A DNA stretch of 63,607 nt, counting the filler, from Circinaria calcarea (Eukaryota), in the NCBI GenBank assembly GCA_051942165.1. It is 6 parts of 6 records of this genome, joined end to end, with 100 filler letters (N's around TTAATTAATTAA, not from the genome) between each part and the next. Parts side by side here need not be neighbours in the genome. Positions count along the whole stretch, not along the records: positions 42,507 to 53,023 come from JAVECS010000799.1; positions 53,124 to 63,607 come from JAVECS010000800.1; 4 more parts are not named here. One strand, 5' to 3'. The translations under genes and the position numbers were made by a program. Below the pieces are notes generated by a model that had not been told where the DNA came from, searched no databases, and was given only the letters and a program-made list of their open reading frames with translations. Positions within the stretch are counted from its first letter, which is position 1, and every line of letters starts with the position of its first letter. Shown here one piece after another: positions 50,017 to 62,653 of this stretch.

Positions 50017-50155
50017 CACGGGGGTGACAGAAAAAATCACATCCATGGCTTAGCGATATCTCGCACTAACATTAGTGGGGATTATCGCTGAGCTTGGGGG
50101 GAAATGTCGCTAAGGTGTTAAGGGGCTCTGTCGCATTTTTTCTGTCACCCGCGTG
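50017..50155. mobile_element. 139-bp fold-back MITE with CAC...GTG termini, 21-bp TIRs and a 5-bp TSD (Transib/CMC-like)
   Basis: Left CACGGGGGTGACAGAAAAAAT vs reverse complement of the right end CACGCGGGTGACAGAAAAAAT (20/21). Flanked on both sides by AGAGG (50012-50016 and 50156-50160). Confidence 0.75.
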
Positions 50156-50629
50156 AGAGGTTCATCTATCTCTCTTTGGCATATGCACCTCGGCTGCTAA
50201 CCGCCATAAATTATCAACGGGGACTCGGTCGGTTCACTCCTCCGCATAACTTAGATTGCCTACCGTGTTCCTGGGATGTGGTGATAACAGCAGTCATGGC
50301 AACTTCCTTGCATCTGCGGCCGTTCATCCTTCTGTTAGGAAGCTGCCATACCATTATGTCTCATGCTCAACAGGCCTTTACGAGGAGGACATGCCTTCTA
50401 GCGCTGAAATGTTGGTGGTCGAGGCCCTTGTTCTAGATGTATTAAGGGGCAGTTCTTTCCGCGATTGATCTTTCCTAGGATTAATCTCACGGATTTTCCC
50501 TCCACGATTCTATGAAGCTCCGATGCTAGATTCTCTGAGAGTGGCTCTGCTCAACGCGCGAAAAGCCGACTGCATGGTCCGGACCTCAATTACGGATAAC
50601 TTTTACTCCGCATCAGCATGTTATTTGCC

Positions 50630-50636
50630 TATAAAA
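50630..50636 (+). promoter_or_regulatory. Candidate TATA box of the GH6 gene
   Basis: TATAAAA ~125 nt upstream of ATG 50758. Confidence 0.4.
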
Positions 50637-50757
50637 TGGAGGAAAATGAAAGATACGATCCCATCCTTCTCCTTGTACCAAAACTTGCACCAAGCACTAG
50701 GGGTTAAGGAGACATTCATCTATATCGAGCTACCAGGCTTAATACTGCGCAGTCACG

Positions 50758-52450
50758 ATGATGTCGAGACTCTTGCCCTTTGTTGCACTTGCAGCCGTTC
50801 TTGCGCCTGTCCAGGTGAACGCTCAATCACCCATTTATGGTCAGTGTAAGTTTCACAAACCACCCGATTGCCCCGCTAAAACGTTAATACTAAAAATACT
50901 ATAGGTGGTGGGCTGGGTTGGACTGGAGCCACCACATGCGTGAGTGGAGCATATTGTAACAAGGGCAATGACTGTAAGGAGAGCACATTGGAACAAACAT
51001 TGCTTCGATTCCGAGGACATCCATTCTAACATTCTGAAGACTACTCTCAATGTCTACCTAATACCTCTACTGGTGCAGCGGCTCCAGAGCAAACAACCTT
51101 TACGACCAGCACAACAACAGCTACTAGCACTCAAGCCGGACCTACAGCCACTCCCGTAGCAGGAAACCCATTTGCTGGGGTACAGCTCTATGCAAACCCA
51201 TATTACTCGTCTGAGATTCATACCTCGGCGATTCCAACACTTGGTGCAAACGCTGCTAAAGCAAGTGCCGTTGCCAGAGTTGGCACCTTTGTTTGGATGT
51301 TAGTAGACTTTAGCATTCGATGATGTACTACGCTGACCTGATTAAAGCGATACAGCCGCCAAGGTACCTATGGTCGATACTTACCTTGCAGATATCGCCG
51401 CCAAGAACGCCGCCGGAGCCAGCCCCAGAATTGCTGGAGGTTTCGTTGTCTACGACCTGCCTGACCGTGACTGTGCAGCCGAGTCTTCGAACGGAGAATA
51501 CTCAATCGCGAATAATGGCGTTGCCAATTACAAGGCTTACATTGATGCTATCAAAGTTCAGATCTTGAAATATCCAACCACGAAAGTGATTTTAGTAGTT
51601 GGTCAGTCGAGTCTCGCCCTGTTCTGATGAGACTTTAAACTGATCATTTCTGCCTGAAAAGAACCTGATAGCTTAGCTAACCTGGTTACAAATTTGAACG
51701 TTCCAAAGTGTGCAAATGCAGAGGCTGCCTACAAAACCGGTGTCACCTATGCTATTAAGCAGCTCAATCTCCCGAACGTGAGCATGTACCTTGATGCCGG
51801 TCACGCCGGCTGGTTAGGATGGTCCGCCAATATCGGGCCTGCCGCAAATTTATTCGGAGACCTTTACAAGTCGGCTGGTAGCCCCGCAGCCGTTCGTGGC
51901 CTAGCAACGAATGTTGCCAACTACAATGCCTTTTCCATCGCCATTTGTCCAGCCTACACCCAAGGTAACACCAACTGCGATGAGAAACGCTACATCAATG
52001 CGCTGGCTCCCCTCTTAACTGCAGTAGGCTTCCCCGCCCATTTCATCATGGACACCTGTATGTTTCATCCTCTTATCAGCATATGCCCGCTTTCTTTTGA
52101 CGAGACGTGTTAGCTCGGAACGGCGTCCAACCCACCGCCCAGCAGGCATGGGGTAACTGGTGCAATCTCAAAGGTGCCGGATTCGGTATCCGGCCGACCA
52201 CGGCTACCGGAGACCCATTGGTGGACGCCTTCATGTGGGTCAAGCCCGGGGGAGAATCGGACGGGACTTCCAATCCCAGCGTCCCTCGATACGATAGCCA
52301 CTGCGGTCTTGCAGAAGCGCTGAAGCCAGCTCCCCAGGCCGGTACTTGGTTCGGCGTAAGCTTTTATCCTCGTATGAAACACATACTAGTATTAACGGTG
52401 AACAGGCGTACTACGAACAGCTGTTGGTCAATGCCGTACCGACTTTCTAA
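50758..52450 (+). CDS. cbh2: Cellobiohydrolase II (CBM1, linker, GH6; Cel6A)
   Basis: Signal peptide, CBM1 (YGQC/GGLGWTGATTCVSGAYC...YSQCL) and a Thr-rich linker. GH6 motifs YANPYY, VVYDLPDRDCAA, EPDSLANLVTN, MYLDAGHAGWLGW, GLATNVANYN, WGNWCN and WVKPGGESDGTS. Confidence 0.95.
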
Positions 52451-53023
52451 GGGGTGGTATCAGGTTGTGAACGGATATTGTAAACAGATAACTTTTGTAG
52501 TTTGAACGTCTACGCTGAGATTTTTGGCACTTCAATGTAAATAATTTGAGATTATCTGTCGGGAAGTTACACGGATTTTATCATCCAAGTACAAAGTCAA
52601 ATCGTGTCATTCCCACAAATCCTTCATCTCAGGCCATATTCCAAGTAATTTCAACGGCCAAAGTAAAATACCCATGTAAGACCTCTTACAAATCCTCCAA
52701 CCGAGGCACGGTACGGCTCCTCGTTCGTGCCCACTAACTAACTCAGCCCTGTCTCGCCCATACGGTTTGAAAATTACCCGAAAAAGAAAAGGAAAGGAAA
52801 GGAAAAGAAAAACAAAGTCTACGTAAATAGGGACAGCAGCCGGGGATTCTCCCTGACTAGGACTACTTAGCTCCGATCTTCCCGGCCTATAGAGGGGCAG
52901 AAGCGGATGGGGATGCGAATGCGGATGCCTAGGTCTCCGCGGGTGGCTGTGGTCGAAATGTGGGGGTTTTGGTTGGTGTTGTGGTGGTGATGGTGTGTGT
53001 TGCTGTCTTGGGTGGGGAGGGGG

Positions 53024-53123
53024 NNNNNNNNNNNNNNNNNNNNNNNNNNNNNNNNNNNNNNNNNNNNTTAATTAATTAANNNNNNNNNNNNNNNNNNNNN
53101 NNNNNNNNNNNNNNNNNNNNNNN
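53024..53123. other. Artificial contig linker
   Basis: N44-TTAATTAATTAA-N44. Confidence 0.98.
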
Positions 53124-54288
53124 ACACCAATATATTATTAACACACTCACTCCCACTGATGTATCATGCGGATTATACTTACTGTTGGAAGTCATAGGGC
53201 TTACCGAAGCATGTGTTGCTTAGGAGGTCCATGCTCAACACTTTCTACGCATCTCATAAAAGCACTTTTCTCGCTGCATATATAGCTTAGTTAGTTACAC
53301 ACTTACATAGCATGGATGCCACCACACATTACTGCATGCTCAACATTTATAGACTCACTCCTTGTACATGCATCCCCTCCGGCGCGAAAAAAATCTCGCT
53401 TAATCCTCATGATCGCTTGTTACCAAGCCGACCTCATCCTAAGGCCGCTCGGTGTTGTGCCTACCTCGACTAAAATATTTACACTTTGTGGGGGTGTGGA
53501 GTTGTTGAAAGTCCCCGCCGACCTGGCCAGGAGAGTCTTCGATTTCCTCCGCTTCTCTTTTCTCTTTGACCGCCCCAACACCCCTTGTTCGTCTGTATTT
53601 AAATATTCCCACACTCTGGGAATCCCACTCTAGTGGTTACCGATTCGTCGTGAAGGCTAAAGGTTAGATGAGCAGGAGCAATCAGAGATAGGGAAAATTA
53701 CACCTTGCATATCGATCCTCCACTTCCAGTTCCAAACCTTTGAGGATTCAAAGAATGCATTGCGTTGGTGCGAGAGTGAAAGTATGTTAGCCGCTCATCT
53801 TTCAGTGTGTTTATCCAATCACACATTCTACGCTGCTCCGGATCGGGTGTCTTGACGAAGACCATCTTGGTGGACTACGTCTTCTCCTGGTGAGACTTGA
53901 TGCAAAGCTTAAGTGAGGCGTGCGACTCTGGGGGAATATTGTTGTACTGGGAGGATGTAGACTATGATGGAGATTGTAAGTTAGGAACTGCAAGCTGTTG
54001 GGGTTTTCAAGTATCCAGAGGAATGACGAGGAGTCGCGGAGTGAAGGGCCTTGCATCTTATTCCCAACGTTCATTCACCTCGGAAACCGTAATACGAACT
54101 TCACTTACGTTTAAAATTTGTTACTAAGATCCCAGAGGACACATCAATCATTCACCGAATTATCATATTTTAGGTCTGAGCGATGAACTTCTCTCATGCT
54201 GAAACCGCGACTCTCTCGAGCTACAGATGTTCCCTTCATCGTCTATCACACTTTGGGCCATCCATCCTCAACCCCCCTGAATTCCCAT

Positions 54289-55914
54289 CTAATTCATGTC
54301 GCTCTGGTAGCTCTCTTCCTGGACCGGAGACTCCTTCGCTTTCATGCGGGCAATGACTCTCAACTCTTTCTTCACCCACCGCTTGAGCCCTCCCTCGAAA
54401 CAAAGGATGTCATAGACTCTATCCCTCAGTTTGACCTCAAAACAGTCATGAGCTTGATCGAAGCAAGCCAAAAACGGAGACTCCAAGGCTTCCAAACGCC
54501 GTCTGTAGACCGGGCGGAGATAAGTCCTGATGAGATAGTCGTGTATTTCCTCCAGCCATTCTCACTCTCAGGGTCGCCGGCCCAGTCCCGATCACCCGGC
54601 CCTGAGCCATTGAAGTCTTCGTCGAAGTCTTCGTCGATGTCCTCGAACTGCAACAGTGGAGGATATGCAGTTTGGAGGATGACTGGGAGGAAAATCTGCG
54701 AGCTCCTAGTCGAGGAGTCCGGTGGGTTGCCATGGGTATCCGTCATCAAGTTATTGCCGGAGAGGTCAGGATGGGTGAGGTAGGTCCGAAATGCGTCGTC
54801 TGGCTCCAAAGCGCACAGATCGTGTATCGAGTCCCGCAGTGCTCTCACGGCCGGTGCTTTTACTCCAGTTGCTCTGTGGGTCATACTCCTTTCTGTTTTG
54901 CGTGTCTTTCTTGTCCTGTAGCTCTTCCAAGCTCAGAGGTACGACGTCCACCTCCTTCACAAGCTCAACCCCAACGTCGATGGTTTCCTCCTCGGTTGGC
55001 TCTGTCAGACATTGCTCCAGATTCCCATCCAAACATTGAAGGTCGTCTTCAGTCAACTCATAGATTGGGTCTGATATCTCTTGGGCAAGAGCATCAAGTA
55101 CGGTGGCGCAAAAATCAGATAAAGAATGGAATGCCCCACGATCAATCTTGTAAAGCAGACGCCGATCACGAGCAAATAGTTGATTAACGGCCAATTAAAA
55201 ACTCCATTGCATCATCCGTCCAGCGTAAATAGATCCCTCCGATCTGATTGGCGTGGAGTTTAGCCAACTGATTCTGCGAGCCAGCGATTTGCTCGGTGAC
55301 AAGCTTATGGGTCTCATTATCAATATCAAGCCCTTCTTCCCTAATCGGTGTCCCGATAACTTTCTCCATAAGTATCCACTCTAAACCAAGCGGGTTGTCC
55401 GAAGATGAATTATAGGTGTAGATGGTAGGCACAGGAATCCCGGTGAAGTATCTTACAAGCTCTGTAGTTCCGACATCAGATTCTATCTTGTAATACGGAT
55501 CGATAGGTAGCGGGATGCGGAAGATGTATTCATCCAGGTGGTCTGTTTCCGTATCCTTAACAGAGATTGTATATAATCTATATAGGTTCCCTCATCCATG
55601 AACACGACCTCGACGCTATGACCCCTTACGCCTAGTTTTTCAAGAACGGGTGATACAATGTCTTTGATCAGCTTGAGGATTGGCATGTCAATCCAGTACG
55701 GCTGGGGAGCCGAATCCCAAGAATGCGTCCATCGAATCCATCGTTTCTGCGCCTCTACGGAAAATGGCGTTGGGCCCTTCTCCGTTATGCGAATCGGGAA
55801 CTTAGGCTTCGGTACACTTCGAAACAATTCTTGTTGGGATGTAGGAGATGAGCCTGATGTAGAGCCTGGAGGGCAATAAGTATCCCGCAGCCCTTCACCA
55901 TCATTTGAAAACAT
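54289..55914 (-). pseudogene. Aminoglycoside-phosphotransferase/protein-kinase-like (APH family) pseudogene
   Basis: Motifs are spread over different frames: YIFRIPLPIDPYYKIESDV, IPVPTIYTYNSSSDNPLGLEWILMEKVIGTP, RGAFHS and HPDLSGNNLM...LLD*EL (DWE with W to TAG). Several frameshifts. Confidence 0.8.
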
Positions 55915-58710
55915 ACTGTGACTGAGTGACGGTGATTGTGGCGATAACGTTAGGTATAAAAAAGGAAGACCATGGTGAAAGCTCGAGGTTTCTCTATTGT
56001 TTGTTGTACCCGTGTCGAATTTCTTTGAACCCATGAGAGAAAGGCTCATAGCTACTTTGTTGTCAGCACAGCGCCAGACAAGATTCAGATTTATGCTTAC
56101 CGCGTCTTGAGTAGGTCTTCTCGGAGTTGATCCAGTAGACTTTGCTCAGGGGTTATCGGGTCTGTTGAAAACCTTTTTGGAGATGTTTGGATACATGCAG
56201 TCCCAATGGATCCTTTGGCCTTGCTGGTGAGTAAAGAAAAACGCTGAGCTAGACCATCCAAGTAGGATCCAGACCCACCGAGAGATTAATATTAACTCAC
56301 TTAATCTTTATAATGATCTTACTGCATCCTCTTTCGGCTTTTAATCACTAGTGCCGCTGAAGCGCAGTCTGTTGAACTTTGAGTTGATCTAACTCGTTTT
56401 ATAGGTGCTAGTTCAATTGAAGGAGGCTGACTTGGCTCAGGGAGCTTTTCTAATTTCTTTGGGTTTACTGGCTGCGCTGAAGGTTGATCTGGTACTGATT
56501 GATCGAGTACTGCGTGGTTAAGTACTGCATGGTCGGGTAATATAAAATCGGATGTTGCAGCGTCTGATATTGCCTGGTCTATTACTGCCTGATCTTGTGT
56601 AAGATCTGGCAATTTATAGAACAGACTCCTTAATAGACTAAGAATATTTAGAATTAGTTCGAGCACGTAGAGAATAACTACTAGAGCTCGACTTAAAATA
56701 TGAACAGGGAAGATGTACAATGTGAATAACAGAGATTTACTCCGGATTGAAGATATCAAATAGACGGCGGATAAAAGTATTCCACAGGTAGGAAAATAAG
56801 CTAGGAGTTTCCCTTACCCAGGAGTTTCTGCCTGAATCAACATCATGGTGAATGAGTTTGGAGATTGAACTGAGTCAAAAGTGAAGTTAGTGGAATAAAT
56901 AAAAAGTTGAGAGACGATAATGAGTACGGCGTGAGGGATAGTTTTTTTTTAAACTAATTAGGAATCGTGTCACCCTATGCTGCAGAAGCGTGTCATTCCT
57001 GCTCGACCGTTCATGTATAAGGACAAAGCTAGTAAGTATGGAGTTGCTCTATAGACCACAGTAAAGTAATCTACTTAACATTTCCTGTCCTGCGGATGGT
57101 GACAAAGTAACAGACAAAGCCAGTTGCTTCCATAAGCTTCACCTGTATCTCTTTCATCAGCTAGAAAAAAAATGTAAATCCTTGTCCTCAAGCCTTTATT
57201 TCTTCACAACAACTATAGCGGAGTTGACCAGAAAGTATGCGGCGAATGAAACAACAGCACCTTCTGCAACTTACTAAGGTATCTCCATCGACATTCCTTG
57301 TGTATTCCGAAAACCAACAGGTCTTGAGTAACACATTGCGTGTAGTGAATTCCCCCTCTTCGAACAAGATATCACGGTTTCAACTATGCTGTCAATCAGC
57401 CTCTAAAGGCACAAGACACCCCGTTTCTGTAGACGGTAATTGCCGCCGATTAGCTGTCGATTCTCCGCCCCTAGCTGACTGATTTCGTCAAATTTGCCGC
57501 AAAACCACGATCCTCTCACTCGACGGCGATCTAGACATCAGAGCGCCAGTCTTTATTAAGTAGGGCGCCGGTTTAGCGATGAATATCCACACAATATGTA
57601 GAGATAGAGGGCTATGGGGTGAAAACGGCGACGAAGTTCGCCCCGAGAGACGGGAGACGGCCCGTCCCACATGGGAGTATTTGCCATTTTCTGGAGGACC
57701 GAGTGGACCTGCACTACAGATGTCGTTTTCCGAGACTACGTATATCATAATCAGAGCTGATACAGCAGTTCTCGAGAATCAAATATCAGGATCCCGAGCC
57801 TTGGACGGAGCTTTTTAGGATGACGGTAGAGAGCAAGAGTGGTGTTAAGGTCAACATGATCCCGGCCTATTCGACGCTTCTTAGGCTTTCATACCTGAAA
57901 GGGAGGCGCCGATTGACAAGGAGTTATAGAATGCAAATAGATGTTAAGATTTACTAGACTGGGGTCGGCTGAAGGAGTGGGCGGGAGCACAAGGCTTGTT
58001 ACAGCTTACGAAACTCAACGTCTAGGAACACGGGCGGCTTGGAGAGGTTTCGATATTGTCCTCAGGGGTCGGAGTACATTGAGAAGGTGAGGGAGGTTTT
58101 TGGCGACAGGACAGTCGTCGATCCAGCGAGGTAATATGCATGAGTTGGGCGTGGCCGAATGAAGGTCTTTTGACGGAAAATCTTAGAAATTTATCGTTCT
58201 GGGTGTCTTTTATGACCGTGCATCTTGCTTGGCTCACTGGTTATCAGCACTGGCGCCACACATGACACATCTGCCTTTTGTATGAGATACGGTAGTAATC
58301 CTATTCTGCAGGAGAAGGAAAAGCAAATAGCAGTGGAGTCAGTCGTATGCTTGAAATAAGGGTATTGAGACTAGGAATACATGTAGTCAAGTCATGGAAG
58401 CGTTCAAGTAGATCTGGGCAAAGTCCATTAGGACAGATCAGCTTGGCTAGATGTATCGTAATAGCTTCATTGTCTGCCTCTAAGTTGACTTGCCTCACAT
58501 ATCAATCAAGTACTCATCCAGCCATGCTAATGTTGGAGCGTCGGTCGTTTGGATCCTCGATTGTAGATTCGTTGTAAGGTTGATATAACCACCCCCTCCT
58601 CCCTACCCCACAAGGCCTTCCCCACATTATCGAATCTCTCAAGCTACATTACGGTTCTTCCACCATCCTCTCCCACCCCTTCAACCTTTTCGATCTCTCC
58701 CTTCTCGACA

Positions 58711-60004
58711 ATGTCTTTCCCTCGATGCGTCTTTCGGCGCGCGGCATACCTCAGCTCATGTCACCTTCAATGTAATTTCTCCTCGTCGACACGACGTCTG
58801 GCAGAGGAGGTTCGCATTGTGGAAGTAGGACCTCGGGATGGGCTACAAAACGAGAAAAGCACAGTTTCACTCAAGACCAAGATCGAGTTGATAAGAAGGT
58901 TGGCGCAGACTGGAGTGAGGGATATAGAGGCGGGGAGTTTCGTAGCTCCGAAATGGGTTCCGCAGGTTTGTCGGTCCAAGAGTCTAATCTTGCAGCCAGA
59001 AGGCAATGAAAGCTAACATCAGACGACTACTTTGGACATAGATGGCAGATTCTGCAGACGTTCTTAATTATATACTCGGGAATCCCCCGCCCGCACCCCA
59101 TGCGATTGCATACAACTTTCTCGTCCCGAATTTGAAAGGGCTGCAAAACTTCCTCAAGGCATCAGGAGACGCCAAATTGTCAGATACTGAGGCTGCACCT
59201 ATAACATCTTCCGACGATCCGAACAACATGCCTACACCACCGCAGTCGCCGGAGCCAGAATCCGACGAGTCGGCCCCAATCACCTCGACTGAAGACCCTA
59301 ACGAAATGCCCTCGAGTGCGGCTGGATTAGAAGACCCAGCAGGGCCGGCAAAATCATCATCGCCAATTTCCACCGAAGTTTCTTTATTCACGGCGGCAAC
59401 AGAAGCTTTCTCCCATGCCAATACCAACTGCACGATACAAGACTCATTAGAGAGGTGCAAGCCCATCGTGACTTTGGCAAAGTCACGGAACATTCGAGTC
59501 CGCGGATATATATCGGCGGCACTTGGGTGCCCATATGAAGGACCTGATGTGTCTCCTTCGAAGGTAGCCGAGATCACTACAACTCTTTTGGAAATGGGAG
59601 CAGATGAAGTTTCTGTTGCGGACACCACCGGTATGGGGACGGCAACTCGGACAAGAGAGCTTTTGAAAGCTTTAGCCGCCGCAGGTATATCCAACCACGA
59701 TCTTGCGCTCCACTTCCATGACACTTATGGCCAGGCTCTTGTCAACACAGTCGTAGGACTCGAGCATGGCATCAGGACCTTCGACAGCAGTGTGGGCGGT
59801 CTTGGTGGATGCCCATATTCTAAAGGCGCAACTGGTAACGTCGCAACTGAAGACTTGGTGTACTGTCTGCATAGTCTTGGCGCAACCACTGGGATAGATG
59901 TCGCAAAGATGGCAAATATTGGTGCATGGGTGTCGAAAGAATTGGGAAGACCGAATGATAGCAGGGCAGGAAAGGCCATACTGGCAAGGCTGTCGTCCTC
60001 ATGA
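58711..60004 (+). CDS. HMGCL: Mitochondrial hydroxymethylglutaryl-CoA lyase
   Basis: VRIVEVGPRDGLQNE, EAGSFVAPKWVPQ/MAD (intron 58966-59041), ADTTGMGT, LALHFHDTYGQAL and GGLGGCPYSKGATGNVATED. Confidence 0.95.
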
Positions 60005-60653
60005 TATGGCTTTCACAAAGCAACGCTGAGGACTATGGAACCCAGGTCCGGATATATCAGTAATGTATCGGTACCAAACGCAAGACAAGCAACTTTTCGT
60101 GGTTACCCAACGATAGAGACCGTCACATCTGGATAAGACTTGATACGGCTTGGAGATGTACCGAGGTTGCTACTTACTTCACATTTACCCAAAATCTGAA
60201 CCAGGAGGTACTCTCAGTTCCTTGGATATCTTCAAACCCTTGGCAAAGTCTCGACCTCCAAATTCTTCGGAATGCGTTTTTAAATAAAACAAAGAGAGAT
60301 CAGCGTCTGGTTGCCAGTAAAAACCCTGTTCCCCAATCTTGGACATCCTATCAGGTCTACGGCTTTGCGAAAGGCAGGAGCCGGGACGGAGAGCGAATGA
60401 AACTTGCGGAGGTTTTTATGCCCCATTGCTCAACAGATGCGTTGGCCAAATATCCCTAGGTGGTTCATCACATACGATCCGACCTTTGACCTCGGGTAAT
60501 TGTTTGCGGCTCAGGGCATATCAGTCTAACCCGTCTGAGGTTATTGAATATCATCGTTAAACGTCGACTACGGTCGCAATATTGACAAATTTTCGCCGGT
60601 TTTTCAAGGCTGAACACGATGGCCGACCAAGGATGTCACAAGGCACCACTTGC

Positions 60654-61238
60654 TCAATTCTTTCCTGTTTCTACCACAATATAGCGTCCAGCCGTCTTCG
60701 ATGCACGAGCGAGCGGGTCCCATTCTTCAACGTCTTGAGTATCAACTGGGATATCCTTCCTTCTCTTAATACGCCTCGAGGGACCTACAACTTCCTCCTT
60801 GTCAAGATCCGCCTTCAGTGACTCCATGTTGATCTCATTCTCCATTTCGGCAGCTTCTGTCTCGTCTCTGATGCCCTGCAAAGGTCTGACTCCTGTGGTA
60901 TCAATATCCTGGATTGCCCGGACAAAACGAAGCGAGGACTTGAGTGTCTGGATCATCTTGGCTTCCTCCATGTTCGATGTCGGTAGAGGAAGAGCGGAGA
61001 GGCGGAGAAGATGGTGAAGTTGCTTTTGGGTGATTTCTTCATCGGGCTTGACTTGGCGATCTGTATCTAGTAGCGATTTTACAGACCATGATGGTTCATC
61101 AAGCATAACCTTGACTTCATCTGGACTCAATGCTGGTGATACGCGTGATAAGTATCTCGACGTCTGTAACGGTCCATTGATACGCCGCTGGGATATGTGA
61201 AGCTTTGCCCGCCATGAATAGCTTACTGGATATCGCAT
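60654..61238 (-). CDS. Mitochondrial Glu-tRNA(Gln) amidotransferase small subunit (GatC/GatF/Gta3-like)
   Basis: PSWSVKSLL...ITQKQLHHLLRLSALPLP...MIQTLKSSLRFVRAIQDIDTTGVRPLQGIRDE...GRYIVV and an Arg-rich presequence. Confidence 0.75.
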   Translation of the reverse strand: MRYPVSYSWRAKLHISQRRINGPLQTSRYLSRVSPALSPDEVKVMLDEPSWSVKSLLDTDRQVKPDEEITQKQLHHLLRLSALPLPTSNMEEAKMIQTLKSSLRFVRAIQDIDTTGVRPLQGIRDETEAAEMENEINMESLKADLDKEEVVGPSRRIKRRKDIPVDTQDVEEWDPLARASKTAGRYIVVETGKN

Positions 61239-61515
61239 TGCCACATACTATCCCCGTTGCTTTGAAGGAAGAGAATCACCAGAAGTCATTGAATTCAAAG
61301 ACCCGAGCTTTAACCTTGCCAGACGTGCTAGACCACCCCGGGACTAGACGCGGAAGTTCGCGTGCGCCTGCGCTACCATACGTCAGATCACCGGTTTCCA
61401 ACAGCATGTCAAGTTGTATATGCACCAATTATTGAAAGCAGTATCCAGTTGCGGCATTTATAGCAAGTAATCGGTCAATCTTTGCATAAGACATTACATC
61501 TTGATATACTCGAGA

Positions 61516-62653
61516 ATGGCGCAAGATCCTAGAGCTTTGTTACAGAAGGTCGGTTTCGCTTCGTACCGCAGTTTGATCCCTACAACTCGAGTAGTGTACT
61601 AAGTCTAGGCAGGCCGACAAAGCAGCGCAAGGTGCTGGTGGAGGATTCAGCTTCTTTGGAGGACGGACAGAGAAATACGAGAACGCCGCAGACCTATACA
61701 CCCAAGCCGCCAATGCATTTCGGATTCAAAAACAAGGTACACGACCATATAGCACCATCGAAAATACAGTTACTAAACTAATTACATTTCCTAGGCAAGG
61801 AGGCTGGTCTAGCCTTTGAGCGCGCTGCTTCGATACAAACAAAACAGCTCAACGAACCAGACGATGCTGCAAACACTCTCACCGAAGCCTATAAATCCTA
61901 CCGAAAATCAGATCCTGAAGATGCTGCCCGAGTACTCCAACAAGCCATAAACCACTACACCTCGAAAGGCAATTTCAGGAGAGCAGCAACACATCAGCAG
62001 AACCTTGCAGAATTATATGAGGTGGAGATTGGAGATCAGAAGAGAGCAGTTGATGCATATGAAGTGGCGGCTGGTTGGTTCGAAAGTGACAATGCAGAGG
62101 CGTGAGTAGCTTTCAAATTTTATAAGCTTGATACCACGTAAAGTGGAAAGCTCAAGAACTCCTGCTGACCGTAATTCTGGCTTAGACTCGCCAACAAGTT
62201 ATTCCTCAAGGTCGCTGACCTAGCGGCCCTAGAGGGAGATTACTATAAATCGATCGAGCACTACGAGAAAGTCGCAAAGTCTTCTATCAACAACAACTTA
62301 ATGAAATGGTCTGTCAAGGACTACTTTCTAAAAGCTGGCATATGTCACCTCGCCTCGGGTGTATGGATCCGCATTTCTCCCGAATCTCTTGTTATACTGA
62401 CATTGCCGTGTAGGATATGGTTGCTACCTCACGAGCACTCGAATCTTATCGCGATCTCGATCCTACCTTTGCCTCCACTCGCGAGCACCAGCTTCTGACC
62501 GACTTGGCGGAGGCGGTCGAACAAGGCGACCAGGAGGTCTTTGCCGATAAGCTATTCCAGTACGATCAGCTCAGCAAACTGGATAAATGGAAGACCACGC
62601 TTCTGCTGAGGGTAAAGAACAGCATCGAAGAGAAAGGAGAGGACTTTTCATGA
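61516..62653 (+). CDS. SEC17: Alpha-SNAP vesicular fusion protein
   Basis: Five exons: MAQDPRALLQK/ADKAAQGAGGGFSFFGGRTEKYENAADLYTQAANAF.../NFRRAATH.../LMKWSVKDYFLKAGICHL/...DPTFASTREHQLL...SKLDKWKTTLLLRVK. Confidence 0.95.

Noticed and set aside
56319..56759. 146-aa ORF with DQAVI/DHAVL pentapeptide repeats
   Set aside because: Non-ATG start, an upstream in-frame stop and TA-rich composition suggest a relic with no assignable function.
57950..58000. DWGRLKEWAG motif resembling the end of UstYa/DUF3328 proteins
   Set aside because: No HxxHC motifs or open frame upstream, and it is too short to support a call.
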